Source of the DNA: Acidobacteriota bacterium
Lineage (GTDB): Bacteria; Acidobacteriota; UBA6911; RPQK01; JAJDTT01
Length of the DNA: 64,000 nt
Direction: 5' to 3'
Assembly (NCBI GenBank): GCA_965217775.1
Contig: CBDCJH010000002.1
Span: 4,448,001-4,512,000 of the forward strand
Part shown: positions 55,245 through 64,000 of the stretch, piece after piece
How positions within the stretch are numbered: the first letter of the stretch is position 1
How the letters are laid out: each line of letters starts with the position of its first letter
Made by a program: the position numbers and the translations under genes
The notes under the pieces: model-generated
Databases searched by the model: none
What the model was told of the DNA's origin: nothing
The model's input: the letters and a program-made list of their open reading frames with translations, nothing else

Positions 55245-58078
55245 TACCGCACCTGCAACTCGACCGCCGAGAGGATGGGCCAGACTCCGCCGGCGGGTGA
55301 GGTGAAGACGGCCCGGTACTGGGCCCAGCGTCGTTTTCCATTCAGGCCGGCGATCTCGGTGCCGGATTCCTGGTAGAAGGAGCCGGCGCCGGAGGGTCCC
55401 GTCCACTCGGCGGACTTCAGGCCGTCGCGGCTGGACGCGGTCCGGATCTGGAACTGGAGACGGGCTCCGTGGGGTTCCTCACCCTCCCAGATCAAGCGGA
55501 CTCCGCCGGGTCCAGGTAACTCCAGAGGTGGCGAGACGTATTCCTCCTCCAAGCGCCGGGTGTAGAGGTCCCCCGGATCGGTCATCTGGCTGTAGTGGGG
55601 ACCGAAGCTGGGGATCTCGGTCTTCCGGTCCCGGTGGAACCCTTCCGGGCCGTTCCAGTAGATGTAGGTATTGATGCTGTGGTCACCGTCCTTCATGTGG
55701 TTGTGGACCACGATTTCGGGATAGCCGTCCCGGTTCAAGTCCACCGTCTGGATGGCGGAGGAAGAATAGGCGGGAAGATCGGTCCGGTTGGTCCGGCTGT
55801 ACGCGCCCCCCTCGGCGCCCCAGTAGATGAACACCGGCAGGGTACGGGTGCGGCCCGACATGTAGTTGGACATCACCAGGTCCAGGTGTCCGTCCCGGTT
55901 GAGGTCGGCGATGCCGCACTCGATGGGCGAGTGGCCCTCCAACTCCACCTTGCCCTCCAGCGTGGGAATCCCTTCGGGAGTCCCCCAGAGCAGGTAGCTG
56001 TTGCCGGTATATTTCCGGGTCTCGGGATCGAAGCTCCCCACCAGCATGAAATCCAGGTTCCCGTCCGAGTTCAGGTCGGCCAGCTCCACGTTGCCGGCAG
56101 GCAGGACCTGGCTCCAGCTCCGCTCCGGCGAGTAGCCGTCCCGGTCTCCCCAGAAGATCTGGTAGATGCCGTACCAGCTTCCCGGAAAGAGCAGGTCCAG
56201 ATGGCCGTCGCGGTTCAGGTCCGCCACCCGGTTGTTGCTGCACCTCTGGTTCTTCAGGGGAAGCGAGGTCCGGCGGGCGTCGGCGTAGCCCTCTGCCCCT
56301 CCCCAGTAGATGGTCCCCAGTTTCTGGCCGCTTCCGTGGGTGAAGACCAGCTCCAGGTAGCCGTCCCGGTTCAGGTCGGCCGCGCTCACCCCATGGGCGT
56401 TGGCGACGGCCAGTTCCTGCCGGTTCCCGGGGGAGTAACCCTCCCGGCTTCCCCAGTAGAGCCAACTGTATCCGACGTAGGAGTTGGTCAGGACCAGATC
56501 GTTGAAGCTGTCGTCATTGAGGTCGGCGACGGCGACGGCATAGGCCCCGCGCCCCGGCAGGGCCGTCCGGGAGGCGGTGGAATAGTAGTGATGGGGGTTG
56601 CCCCAGTAGATGTTGTTCAAGACCTTCCCGGGGTGCGTGCCGCTCCACCGGTTCACCAGCACCACCTCCAGATGGCCGTCCTGGTTCAAGTCGGCCACGT
56701 TGACGCTGTTGCCGCCGAATCCCTGCAGTTCAGTCCGCATGTAGGGCGCGAACCCGGTGGGACTGCCCCAATAGACGTAGGAAGGCACGTCGACGGTCTG
56801 GCTGTCGTGGGAGTTGGCGAAGACCAGGTCGGGATGACCGTCCCGGTTCAGGTCGCCCGAGGCCACGTCGGCCGGAGCCAGAGTCGGGAGCTGGGACCGC
56901 CGTTGGACGGAGAAGCCCTCGGGTCCGCCCCAGTACACGTAGGACTCGGGTAGCGGATCCTCGTTGGAGGAATTGGACACGGCCAGGTCCAGGTATCCGT
57001 TTCCGTCCAGGTCGGCGATGTCGGAGCCGGTGGGAGCGATGGCCGGAAGGGTCTGGCTGGGGGACGGGGCGGGCCCGTTTTTCCCTCCCAAGAACAGGAG
57101 GAGGCTGCCGTCCTGGGCGCCCTGGCCCGAGACCGTGACCACCACGTCGTCGTATCCGTCGCGGTCCAGGTCGCCGGACCCGACACTGCCGGGAGGAGCC
57201 GTCTCCGCCTCCCAGGAGCGGTCGGCGGTGTAGACGCCCTGCCGGCCCAGGAACACCTGAACCCCCTTCGTCTGGGGACTGTTGTTGACGAAGATCAGGT
57301 CGGGATCTCCATCCCCGTTCACGTCACCGCTGGTCACGTCCCGGGCGCCGCGGGTGGGGACCAGTCCCGGACGGTCGGGATCGAAACCGTTGGCGCTGCC
57401 CCAGTAGATGTAGGACGAGAGGTCCACCTGGGGCGAGATCTTCTCCGCTCCCGCCTCTACCCCCTGATTGGCGAAGACCAGGTCCGGATACCCGTCGGAG
57501 TTCAAATCGCGGGCCACCACACCCGCCGCCCAGCGGGTGGGCAGTTCGGTTCGTCCAACGCGAGAATACCCGTCGCCGCTCCCCCAGTAGACGTACGCCG
57601 TGCGGACACCCGGGTAGTTGTGGATGTAGTTGCAAAAGACCAGATCGGGATAGCCGTCTTGGTTCAGGTCCGCAACCGCCGACCGGCCGCCGCCGAAGGA
57701 GGGGAGCCGGGTGACCTGATCGGTTCGGTCCATCAAGCCGTAGACCACCTGCGCCAGGGGCCGTTCCCGCCAGAGTTCGGGCAGAAGGGAGCGAGGACCG
57801 TCGGCGCTGCCCCAGTAGACGAGCGCGTCCACCACACTCATGTTGTCGTGGGTGTTGCTCAGGACCAGGTCCACGTACCCGTCCCGGTTCAGGTCCCACT
57901 GATTGATGACCTGGACGGACCCTTTCCTGGAAACGTAGAGGTTCGCGCCTGAGTTCCCCAAGGTCCCCTGGCTGAAATCCTCGAAATCGGCATGCCGGAT
58001 GATGCCGTCTCTGGAGTGCGACACTCCCATGAATCCCAACCAAAGCACCCCCAGGACTGCCAGCCGTCGTTTGAGCAT
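55244..58078 (-). CDS. Exported FG-GAP/VCBS repeat protein
   Basis: Signal peptide; more than a dozen DLNxDGxxDLV repeats alternating with YWG motifs; C-terminal beta domain. Confidence 0.9.
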   Translation of the reverse strand: MLKRRLAVLGVLWLGFMGVSHSRDGIIRHADFEDFSQGTLGNSGANLYVSRKGSVQVINQWDLNRDGYVDLVLSNTHDNMSVVDALVYWGSADGPRSLLPELWRERPLAQVVYGLMDRTDQVTRLPSFGGGRSAVADLNQDGYPDLVFCNYIHNYPGVRTAYVYWGSGDGYSRVGRTELPTRWAAGVVARDLNSDGYPDLVFANQGVEAGAEKISPQVDLSSYIYWGSANGFDPDRPGLVPTRGARDVTSGDVNGDGDPDLIFVNNSPQTKGVQVFLGRQGVYTADRSWEAETAPPGSVGSGDLDRDGYDDVVVTVSGQGAQDGSLLLFLGGKNGPAPSPSQTLPAIAPTGSDIADLDGNGYLDLAVSNSSNEDPLPESYVYWGGPEGFSVQRRSQLPTLAPADVASGDLNRDGHPDLVFANSHDSQTVDVPSYVYWGSPTGFAPYMRTELQGFGGNSVNVADLNQDGHLEVVLVNRWSGTHPGKVLNNIYWGNPHHYYSTASRTALPGRGAYAVAVADLNDDSFNDLVLTNSYVGYSWLYWGSREGYSPGNRQELAVANAHGVSAADLNRDGYLELVFTHGSGQKLGTIYWGGAEGYADARRTSLPLKNQRCSNNRVADLNRDGHLDLLFPGSWYGIYQIFWGDRDGYSPERSWSQVLPAGNVELADLNSDGNLDFMLVGSFDPETRKYTGNSYLLWGTPEGIPTLEGKVELEGHSPIECGIADLNRDGHLDLVMSNYMSGRTRTLPVFIYWGAEGGAYSRTNRTDLPAYSSSAIQTVDLNRDGYPEIVVHNHMKDGDHSINTYIYWNGPEGFHRDRKTEIPSFGPHYSQMTDPGDLYTRRLEEEYVSPPLELPGPGGVRLIWEGEEPHGARLQFQIRTASSRDGLKSAEWTGPSGAGSFYQESGTEIAGLNGKRRWAQYRAVFTSPAGGVWPILSAVELQVR

Positions 58079-58097
58079 ATCGATCTCCGCCTCTCTG

Positions 58098-58688
58098 CTA
58101 TTTCCTGGCCAGGTCCGCGATGAAGCACCCCACGGCCCGGGTCTCCGGTTCCGCGACCGTTTCCCCTTGGAGCACGGATTCCAGGGCCAGCTTCAGGTCG
58201 CGGCGATTGGGTTGGGCCCGCGCCTTTCCGAAATCGGGGTACCGGTCGTCGATGCGCCCACGGTAGACGAGCCGTCCGTCGGCGTCGAAGACGGCCGCTT
58301 CAGGAGTGACCCGGGCGCCCGTGAGGCGCACCAGGTCGTGATGGGAATCGCGAAGGATCTCGCCTGGAACTTGATATTCCTCCGCGTGCCGCCCGATGGC
58401 CTCGGCCTCTTCCTGCGGATCCACATAAACCAGCCAGAACCGCACCCCTCGGGGCGAGAACGTCTCATGCAGACGCCGCAGCTCGGGCGCATACCGGTTG
58501 GCGATGGGACAATCGCTGCGCATGAACAGGAAGACGCTGGCCGGGTCGCTGGCCGCGAGCGGGTCCACGCGCTCTCCCGAAAGGCTCGTCAGGTTAAACC
58601 CCGAGGGGCCCGAACCGCAGCCCCAAAAGATCAATAGGCTCAGAAGCCAGGCCGCCACGCTGGATCGACACCGTCGAAGAGCCTTCAC
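58098..58688 (-). CDS. Redoxin/thioredoxin-like lipoprotein (peroxiredoxin-like)
   Basis: Lipobox FWGC, DCPIANRY (second Cys absent), TPEA, YRGRIDD, C-terminal GCFI. Confidence 0.85.
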   Translation of the reverse strand: MKALRRCRSSVAAWLLSLLIFWGCGSGPSGFNLTSLSGERVDPLAASDPASVFLFMRSDCPIANRYAPELRRLHETFSPRGVRFWLVYVDPQEEAEAIGRHAEEYQVPGEILRDSHHDLVRLTGARVTPEAAVFDADGRLVYRGRIDDRYPDFGKARAQPNRRDLKLALESVLQGETVAEPETRAVGCFIADLARK

Positions 58689-58754
58689 GCTTCAATTTTT
58701 ACATGATGCGCCAGCGTACGCGAGCGATCTCCTCATCTTGCTAGACTGGCAGAG

Positions 58755-60431
58755 ATGATCGCGACGTTGCTGCTTCTTCTCTCAAGCGGCGTTCACTTCA
58801 CGGAGGTGAGCCGTGAGGCGGGGCTGGAGTTTCGGCACCGGGGCGGCGGCAGCGCCAAGGACCATATCCTGGAGACGGTGGGCAGCGGCGTCGGTTGGAT
58901 CGACTTCGACCAGGACGGCTGGCTCGATCTGTATGCCGTCAACGGCGGCCTCTGGGAGGAGCTGGGAACGGGGAAGCGAAGCGTCTCCAACGCCCTTTTC
59001 CGCAACCAGGGGGACGGCAGTTTCCGTCTGGTGACGCCCGAGGCGGGCGTGGAGGGGCGGCATTGGGGCATGGGGGTGACCGTCGCCGATTACGACAACG
59101 ACGGTTGGCCCGATCTCTACGTCTGCAACTACGGGCCCAACGTCCTGTACCGGAACAACGGCGACGGCACCTTTCGGGACGTGACTCGGGAAGCGGGGGT
59201 AGGGGATCCGTCCTGGAGTTCCAGTGCAGCCTTCGCCGACGCTAACGGGGACGGATGGCTCGACCTTTACGTGGCCAACTACGTGGAATTCGACCACGGG
59301 AATCCGCCGGCCGCATCGCCCGATTGCCAGTACCGCGGGGTCCGGGTCCACTGTGGGCCGGGGGGACTTCCGGCGGCCCGGGACACCTTCTACCTGAGCA
59401 ACGGCGACGGCGCCTTCCGGCAAGCCAGCAAGGCGGCCGGTATGGACGCACCGGCCGCCTACGGGATGGGCGCGGTCTGGTGCGACTACGACAGCGACGG
59501 CGACAGCGACCTCTACGTGGCCAACGATTCCATGGCCAACTTTCTCTTCCGCAATCGGGGAGACGGAACCTTCGAGGAACGGGGACTGGTGGCGGCCGTG
59601 GCCTTCAACGAAGACGGGCAGGCCCAGGCCGGCATGGGGGTGACCTTCGGAGACTACGACCGGGACGGACGCTTCGACCTGTACGTGACCAATTTCTCGG
59701 CGGACTACAACACCCTGTACCGGAACCTGGGAGGGGACCTCTTTCGGGACGTGACCCGCGCCACCGGATTGATCCTGCCCAGCCTGCGTTTCCTGGGGTG
59801 GAGCACCCACTTCTTCGACTACGACAACGACGGCTGGGAGGACCTCTTCGTGGCCAACGGGCACGTCTTCCCGCAGGTGGATACGCGGCCCGTGGGGACC
59901 CGCTTCCGACAGCGGAACCTCCTCTTCCGGAATCTGGGAAACGGCCGCTTCCGGGAGCTGGCCTCGGACGAGGCACTGGGGCTTTCCCAGGCTTATTCCA
60001 GCCGCGGGGCCGCATTTGCAGATTTCGATAACGACGGGGACGGGGACGTGGTCGTCTCCAACATAGACCGAGGGCTTTCTCTCTACCGCAACGACGGAAG
60101 CAAGGGGCATTGGCTGCGCTTGCGGCTGGAGGGGAAGGAGTCCAACCGGGGAGCCGTGGGAACCCGGGTCACGCTCACCACCGGGGACGCCACCCAGATC
60201 CGGGAGGTTCGGGCCGGCTCGGGCTACCAGTCGTCGGACGACCCGCGGCTCCACTTCGGGTTGGGCGCGACGACCCAGGTCCAGCGGATCGAGGTGCGCT
60301 GGAGCCGGGGACGGCAGCAGGTTTTGGAGAATCTGGAGGCGGATCGGGAGTATCTGGTCAAGGAAGGCGAATCGCTTCGGAGGAGAGAGGAAAGAGGGAA
60401 GATCGGCGAGGAGCGGAGCGGCGGTTTGTAG
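58755..60431 (+). CDS. CRTAC1 family (FG-GAP plus ASPIC/UnbV) protein
   Basis: FTEVSREAG, ETVGSG, DFDQDGWLDLY repeats, QAGMG, SRGAAFADFDNDG, GSGYQS, LHFGLG. Confidence 0.93.
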   Translation: MIATLLLLLSSGVHFTEVSREAGLEFRHRGGGSAKDHILETVGSGVGWIDFDQDGWLDLYAVNGGLWEELGTGKRSVSNALFRNQGDGSFRLVTPEAGVEGRHWGMGVTVADYDNDGWPDLYVCNYGPNVLYRNNGDGTFRDVTREAGVGDPSWSSSAAFADANGDGWLDLYVANYVEFDHGNPPAASPDCQYRGVRVHCGPGGLPAARDTFYLSNGDGAFRQASKAAGMDAPAAYGMGAVWCDYDSDGDSDLYVANDSMANFLFRNRGDGTFEERGLVAAVAFNEDGQAQAGMGVTFGDYDRDGRFDLYVTNFSADYNTLYRNLGGDLFRDVTRATGLILPSLRFLGWSTHFFDYDNDGWEDLFVANGHVFPQVDTRPVGTRFRQRNLLFRNLGNGRFRELASDEALGLSQAYSSRGAAFADFDNDGDGDVVVSNIDRGLSLYRNDGSKGHWLRLRLEGKESNRGAVGTRVTLTTGDATQIREVRAGSGYQSSDDPRLHFGLGATTQVQRIEVRWSRGRQQVLENLEADREYLVKEGESLRRREERGKIGEERSGGL

Positions 60432-60495
60432 CCGCCGAACTCCGTGTTGGGCATCGGGGCGTTGAAGAGTGGGGGACAAGAATGTCCCCCCTCCT
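60415..60495. repeat. Inverted REP doublet overlapping the CRTAC1 stop codon
   Basis: GGAGCGGCGGTTTGTAGCCGCCG (60415-60437) and GGGGGACAAGAATGTCCCCCCTCCT (60471-60495). Confidence 0.75.
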
Positions 60496-60546
60496 GTTCC
60501 CCCTCCCGGCGTGGCGACTTTCACCGGGTACTGCTAACCTTTGGTC

Positions 60547-61659
60547 ATGAGACTTGACGAGAATTCCGGCCGGATCAGCCGGCGCAGGTGGTTCGGGTAC
60601 GCCTCCGCGTTGTTGCTGACGCGATCGGTCAGGGGTCAGGCCCAATCGACTCAGGGCACTCCTCTGGAGGACGATCGAGTCTCTTTGAGCGCCATGGCGG
60701 ACGTGGAAGGGACACTGACCCCCGCAGACCGTTTCTTCGTCCGGAGCCACCATGCTCAGCCCCGCTTGTCACTGAAGACTTGGCGGTTGCGGGTGGAGGG
60801 TGCGGTGGCCAATCCCCTGGAGTTGTCCTTCCCGGACCTGGTGGAGACCTCCACCAAGTCCCTGGAGGGGCTCCTGGAATGCGCGGGTAACCGGACGGGC
60901 CTGGTGAGCAACGGGCTCTGGGAGGGGGTCCCCCTCTCCGACCTGATCCGGCGGGCCCAGCCCAAGGAGGGGGCCAAGAGGGTCATGCTCCAAGGAGCGG
61001 ACAAGGGGTCCCTGATTCCCGACATGCCCGAATCCCCCTACTCCCGGATCCTGCCTCTGGAGAAATGTCTGGCTCCCGAAACCCTGGTAGCCTTCAAGCT
61101 CAACGGGCAGTTCCTGCCCCGGCGCAACGGCTTTCCGGCCCGGGCCTTCATTCCGGGCTGGTACGGCATGGACTCGGTCAAGTGGTTGACGCGGGTCCGC
61201 ATCCTGGACGCCTTCGACTGGCCCCCCGCCTATTACTCCAGCGGCATGGACCTGCTCTATCAGAAGTATGTCAAGTTCGGGACGCAGGAGCAGATCACGG
61301 GCCGGGTCTCGGAGATCCAGGTCAATTCCGGGTTCTCCTTTCCGCCCCCGGGGGCCAACCTGGCTCCGGGCCGGTATCCGGTTCGGGGCTTTGCCTGGGC
61401 CGGTCCCCACCGGGTGGGCGCCGTCCAGGTCAGTCCGGACCGGGGAAGAAGCTGGAGGCCGGCCCGGCTGGAGGGCGAATCCCGTCCCTTCACCTGGGTC
61501 CGGTGGAGCTATGACTGGGCAGCTCCCAAGGGAGAGCATCTGCTGATGGCCCGGGCTCAGGACCATCGGGGACGCTGGCAGCCGACTCGCCGAGACACCA
61601 ACAGAACCGACGGATACGAACTCAACTGGTACCCCTCCGTCCAATGCAACGTGCTCTGA
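60547..61659 (+). CDS. Tat-exported sulfite oxidase family molybdoenzyme
   Basis: SRRRWF Tat motif, TPADRFFVRSH, LECAGNR (Mo-ligand Cys), WEGV, GFPAR...PGWYG...SVKWL, C-terminal Ig-like dimerisation domain. Confidence 0.9.
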   Translation: MRLDENSGRISRRRWFGYASALLLTRSVRGQAQSTQGTPLEDDRVSLSAMADVEGTLTPADRFFVRSHHAQPRLSLKTWRLRVEGAVANPLELSFPDLVETSTKSLEGLLECAGNRTGLVSNGLWEGVPLSDLIRRAQPKEGAKRVMLQGADKGSLIPDMPESPYSRILPLEKCLAPETLVAFKLNGQFLPRRNGFPARAFIPGWYGMDSVKWLTRVRILDAFDWPPAYYSSGMDLLYQKYVKFGTQEQITGRVSEIQVNSGFSFPPPGANLAPGRYPVRGFAWAGPHRVGAVQVSPDRGRSWRPARLEGESRPFTWVRWSYDWAAPKGEHLLMARAQDHRGRWQPTRRDTNRTDGYELNWYPSVQCNVL

Positions 61660-63029
61660 TCCTGATCCCAGCGGCCTCGGTTGCCGCTTTCCTGTCCCTC
61701 TGTTCGGCGGCGGCATTCGGATCCGCGCAAGCACCTTTCCAGGAGCCTCCGCAGCTCTCCGAACTGGAGGGCCCCCAGAGCCAGCACGCCCTGGCACGAT
61801 TGCAACAGTTCTTCCGGACCGTGTCGGACGCGAAGGCGCCCGCCGTCCTGCACAAAGTCCTGGAGGGAACGACAGCCGCCGCGGCGCACACCGTTGTCCT
61901 GGAGGAATACCACCGCCGGAAGCTGCATGCCCAAGGACGCACGACCCTGGAGGCGCTGAGCAAGGAGCACCCGGCTCGGGCCCTCTATGTGATCGACCTG
62001 GTGCAGTTGGCGGTCCTGGAAGGGGACCTGGAGAAAGCCAAGGCGGACCTGCGGTCGGCCGCGGCCCGATTCCCCCATGACACCGAACTGCACGCCAGTC
62101 TGGGGCGCTGGTTGTACGGCCGGCAGCAGACCGATCTTGCCCTGGCCGAGCTGCTCCGGGCCCAACGGTCCGGACTGAACGACCCGCAGACGAATCTGGT
62201 TCTGGCCAGCCTTCTGGCCCGGGCCGGGGCGTTGGAGGACGCCATCGACACGGCCGCTTCCATCGTCTTCACGCCCGGCCTGGATCCCGTGATCCAGGGA
62301 GAAGCGGCGGCGCTGGCCGGCAAGAGCCACGCCATCCTGCGCAACGAGGCCAAGGCGGTGGAGTTTCTGGAGCGGGCCATCCAATTGTCTCCGCAGGTGG
62401 AGGACTACTATCTCTCCATGGCCAGCGCTCACCAGCAGGCCGACAATCCGGCGGCGGCCGCCCAAGCTCTGAAACGCGGGTGGGACCGGCTTCCCGGGGC
62501 GCCCGGGATCGGACAGAACCTGAGCCGTCAACTGCTGGCCGCCGGCGACGCCGAGGAAGCGGTCCGGGTGCTGGTGCTCCTGACCTCTCGGCACCCGAAC
62601 CACGCGGATGCGCTCCGCCTGCTGGCTCAGGCCTACCGGTCCGCCGGGGATGCGGCCAAGGCGTCCCAGACCTGGCGGAGGCTGATCCGGCAGCAGCCCC
62701 GATACCCCATGGCCAACATCTTCCTGGCCCAGTCCCTGGCCGAGGAGGGGGCTCCCCCCGATCAGGTCCTGGCGGCCCTGGACCGGGCGGAGCAGATCTC
62801 CCCGCAGGACGCGGACCTCTACTACCTGAGGGGACGGATCTTCAACTCCCTGGGACGCCATCAGGACGCCGCGGCCCAACTCCAACGGGCCATCCGGCTC
62901 CAACCCAACTTCTCGGGAGCCTATTACCAACTGGGGCTGGCCTACCAACAGTTGGGGCAGCCGGAACTGGCCCAGGAGCAGTTCCGGCGCAGGTCCCACC
63001 TGGAGGAGGGGACGGGCAGGACCCGGTGA
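61644..63029 (+). CDS. Exported tetratricopeptide repeat protein
   Basis: Signal peptide, multiple TPRs (e.g. AYYQLGLAYQQLGQPELA); overlaps the upstream stop. Confidence 0.85.
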   Translation: MQRALILIPAASVAAFLSLCSAAAFGSAQAPFQEPPQLSELEGPQSQHALARLQQFFRTVSDAKAPAVLHKVLEGTTAAAAHTVVLEEYHRRKLHAQGRTTLEALSKEHPARALYVIDLVQLAVLEGDLEKAKADLRSAAARFPHDTELHASLGRWLYGRQQTDLALAELLRAQRSGLNDPQTNLVLASLLARAGALEDAIDTAASIVFTPGLDPVIQGEAAALAGKSHAILRNEAKAVEFLERAIQLSPQVEDYYLSMASAHQQADNPAAAAQALKRGWDRLPGAPGIGQNLSRQLLAAGDAEEAVRVLVLLTSRHPNHADALRLLAQAYRSAGDAAKASQTWRRLIRQQPRYPMANIFLAQSLAEEGAPPDQVLAALDRAEQISPQDADLYYLRGRIFNSLGRHQDAAAQLQRAIRLQPNFSGAYYQLGLAYQQLGQPELAQEQFRRRSHLEEGTGRTR

Positions 63030-64000
63030 CTACTTGAACTGGAACGAGTAGAGCTTGGCGTTCTTGAAGTAGATCCTCAGCTTGATGGGTCTGTCCTTCA
63101 GACCACTGAGGTCGCTCTTTCCCTTCCACGACGCGACGTGGGCCAGACCGGTGGTGGTGATGGGATCCGCGTCCTTGAAACCGTAGCCCTCGATGGGGTG
63201 GTGGTCGGCTCCGATGATCTCCACGCGCACCTCGCAGGGGCCGGCACCCCACTGGCGAAGGGCCGACCGGACGTTCAGATGGAGGCGGTCTCCACTGAAG
63301 GTGAAGGAGCGGGTCACGACCTCGCTGAAGGGATAGCGTTGGCGCTCGTGCCCCTGCGCTCCGTCCAGGGAGACGAAGCCGTCCGGCGGCGTCACGGCCA
63401 GACCCACGGCCCCCAGGGCCTTGTTCCCCAAGTGGTACAGGCTCTCGGGGGAACGCCAGTTCACTCCGGTGTAGTAGTTGAGCAGACGCCCCTCGTGGAC
63501 CTTGGGGTCCTGGGCATAGACCACGGCCGAGTCGAAGCTGCCGTTGGGACCGGCCGGTATGAAGGGCTCCCGGTAGTCCCGATTGTAGTGGATGCCGTTA
63601 CGGCTGAAGACGGCCTGGGGCAGGATGCTGGTGTTGGTGGTCCGGAAGTTCCAGAGCATTCCCACGTACATCCCCTCATAGACAGTGACGGCCATGTGGT
63701 AGAACTGGAGGTCCGGGTAGTCCTGCTCGTCCGGGAGGATGATGGTCTCGGGCTGGCTCCAGTGAATCATGTCGGGGCTCTCGGCGCGGCCGATGAGCCG
63801 CTTGCCCAGGGGACAACGAAGATGAGCGCAGTTCTCCATGTGCACGGCGTAGGTCTGCCGGATGGGGTCCCAACCCATGAAGCCGGTGGGTCCCCAGCGC
63901 CCCACCCGGGGAGAGGTGTCGATGATGGGATTGTTCTCGTAGGCCGTCCACTGGAAGCCGTCGGGTGAGTAGTAGAGGTCGAATTGCATCCCCGGTGTCC
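63030..64000 (-). CDS. Five-bladed-propeller glycosidase-like protein, 5' end outside the window
   Basis: SPDGFQW, GWDP, QFY, YEG, DGFVSL, KLYSFQF shared with 37263-38930; reading frame stays open to the window edge. Confidence 0.7.
   Translation of the reverse strand, partial: TPGMQFDLYYSPDGFQWTAYENNPIIDTSPRVGRWGPTGFMGWDPIRQTYAVHMENCAHLRCPLGKRLIGRAESPDMIHWSQPETIILPDEQDYPDLQFYHMAVTVYEGMYVGMLWNFRTTNTSILPQAVFSRNGIHYNRDYREPFIPAGPNGSFDSAVVYAQDPKVHEGRLLNYYTGVNWRSPESLYHLGNKALGAVGLAVTPPDGFVSLDGAQGHERQRYPFSEVVTRSFTFSGDRLHLNVRSALRQWGAGPCEVRVEIIGADHHPIEGYGFKDADPITTTGLAHVASWKGKSDLSGLKDRPIKLRIYFKNAKLYSFQFK

Noticed and set aside
1-64000. Selenocysteine readthrough, programmed frameshifts, transposase/RAYT, integrase, reverse transcriptase or prophage genes
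   Set aside because: The recognised genes appear uninterrupted and no such protein motifs were found; the many long antisense ORFs are expected at this GC content

Overview
High-GC bacterial chromosomal window with about 50 genes and no rRNA, tRNA, CRISPR array, transposase or integrase. The gene repertoire (CRTAC1/ASPIC-UnbV, FG-GAP, PQQ-like propellers, PVC-type heme dehydrogenase, Tat-exported Gfo/Idh/MocA, carboxypeptidase-regulatory/TPR proteins) suggests an Acidobacteriota-like organism; this is inferred from gene content only. It carries housekeeping genes (rlmD, thiO-like, tag, uxuA, modABC with regulator, desaturase, MATE, SSS, DASS), many exported glycan or redox enzymes, one RES-type toxin-antitoxin pair and two orphan antitoxin-like ORFs. 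The most unusual structure is intergenic. (1) Two sequence-distinct families of rod-like palindromic elements are both exactly 158 bp in all five full copies, share an apical motif, have 4-bp target duplications and sit back-to-back at one CTAG site. (2) Two promoters look like decayed ends of one of these families. (3) Many genes have a -10 box 6-8 nt before the start codon, suggesting leaderless mRNAs. (4) There are several REP families, including alternating hetero-tandem arrays. Notable proteins are a degenerate stand-alone aspartokinase-like fragment, a signal-peptide-bearing DHDPS-like protein, and a B3/4 tRNA-editing gene clustered with a methyltransferase, an aminotransferase and a MATE exporter. 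All family calls come from motif recognition by eye, not from database searches.
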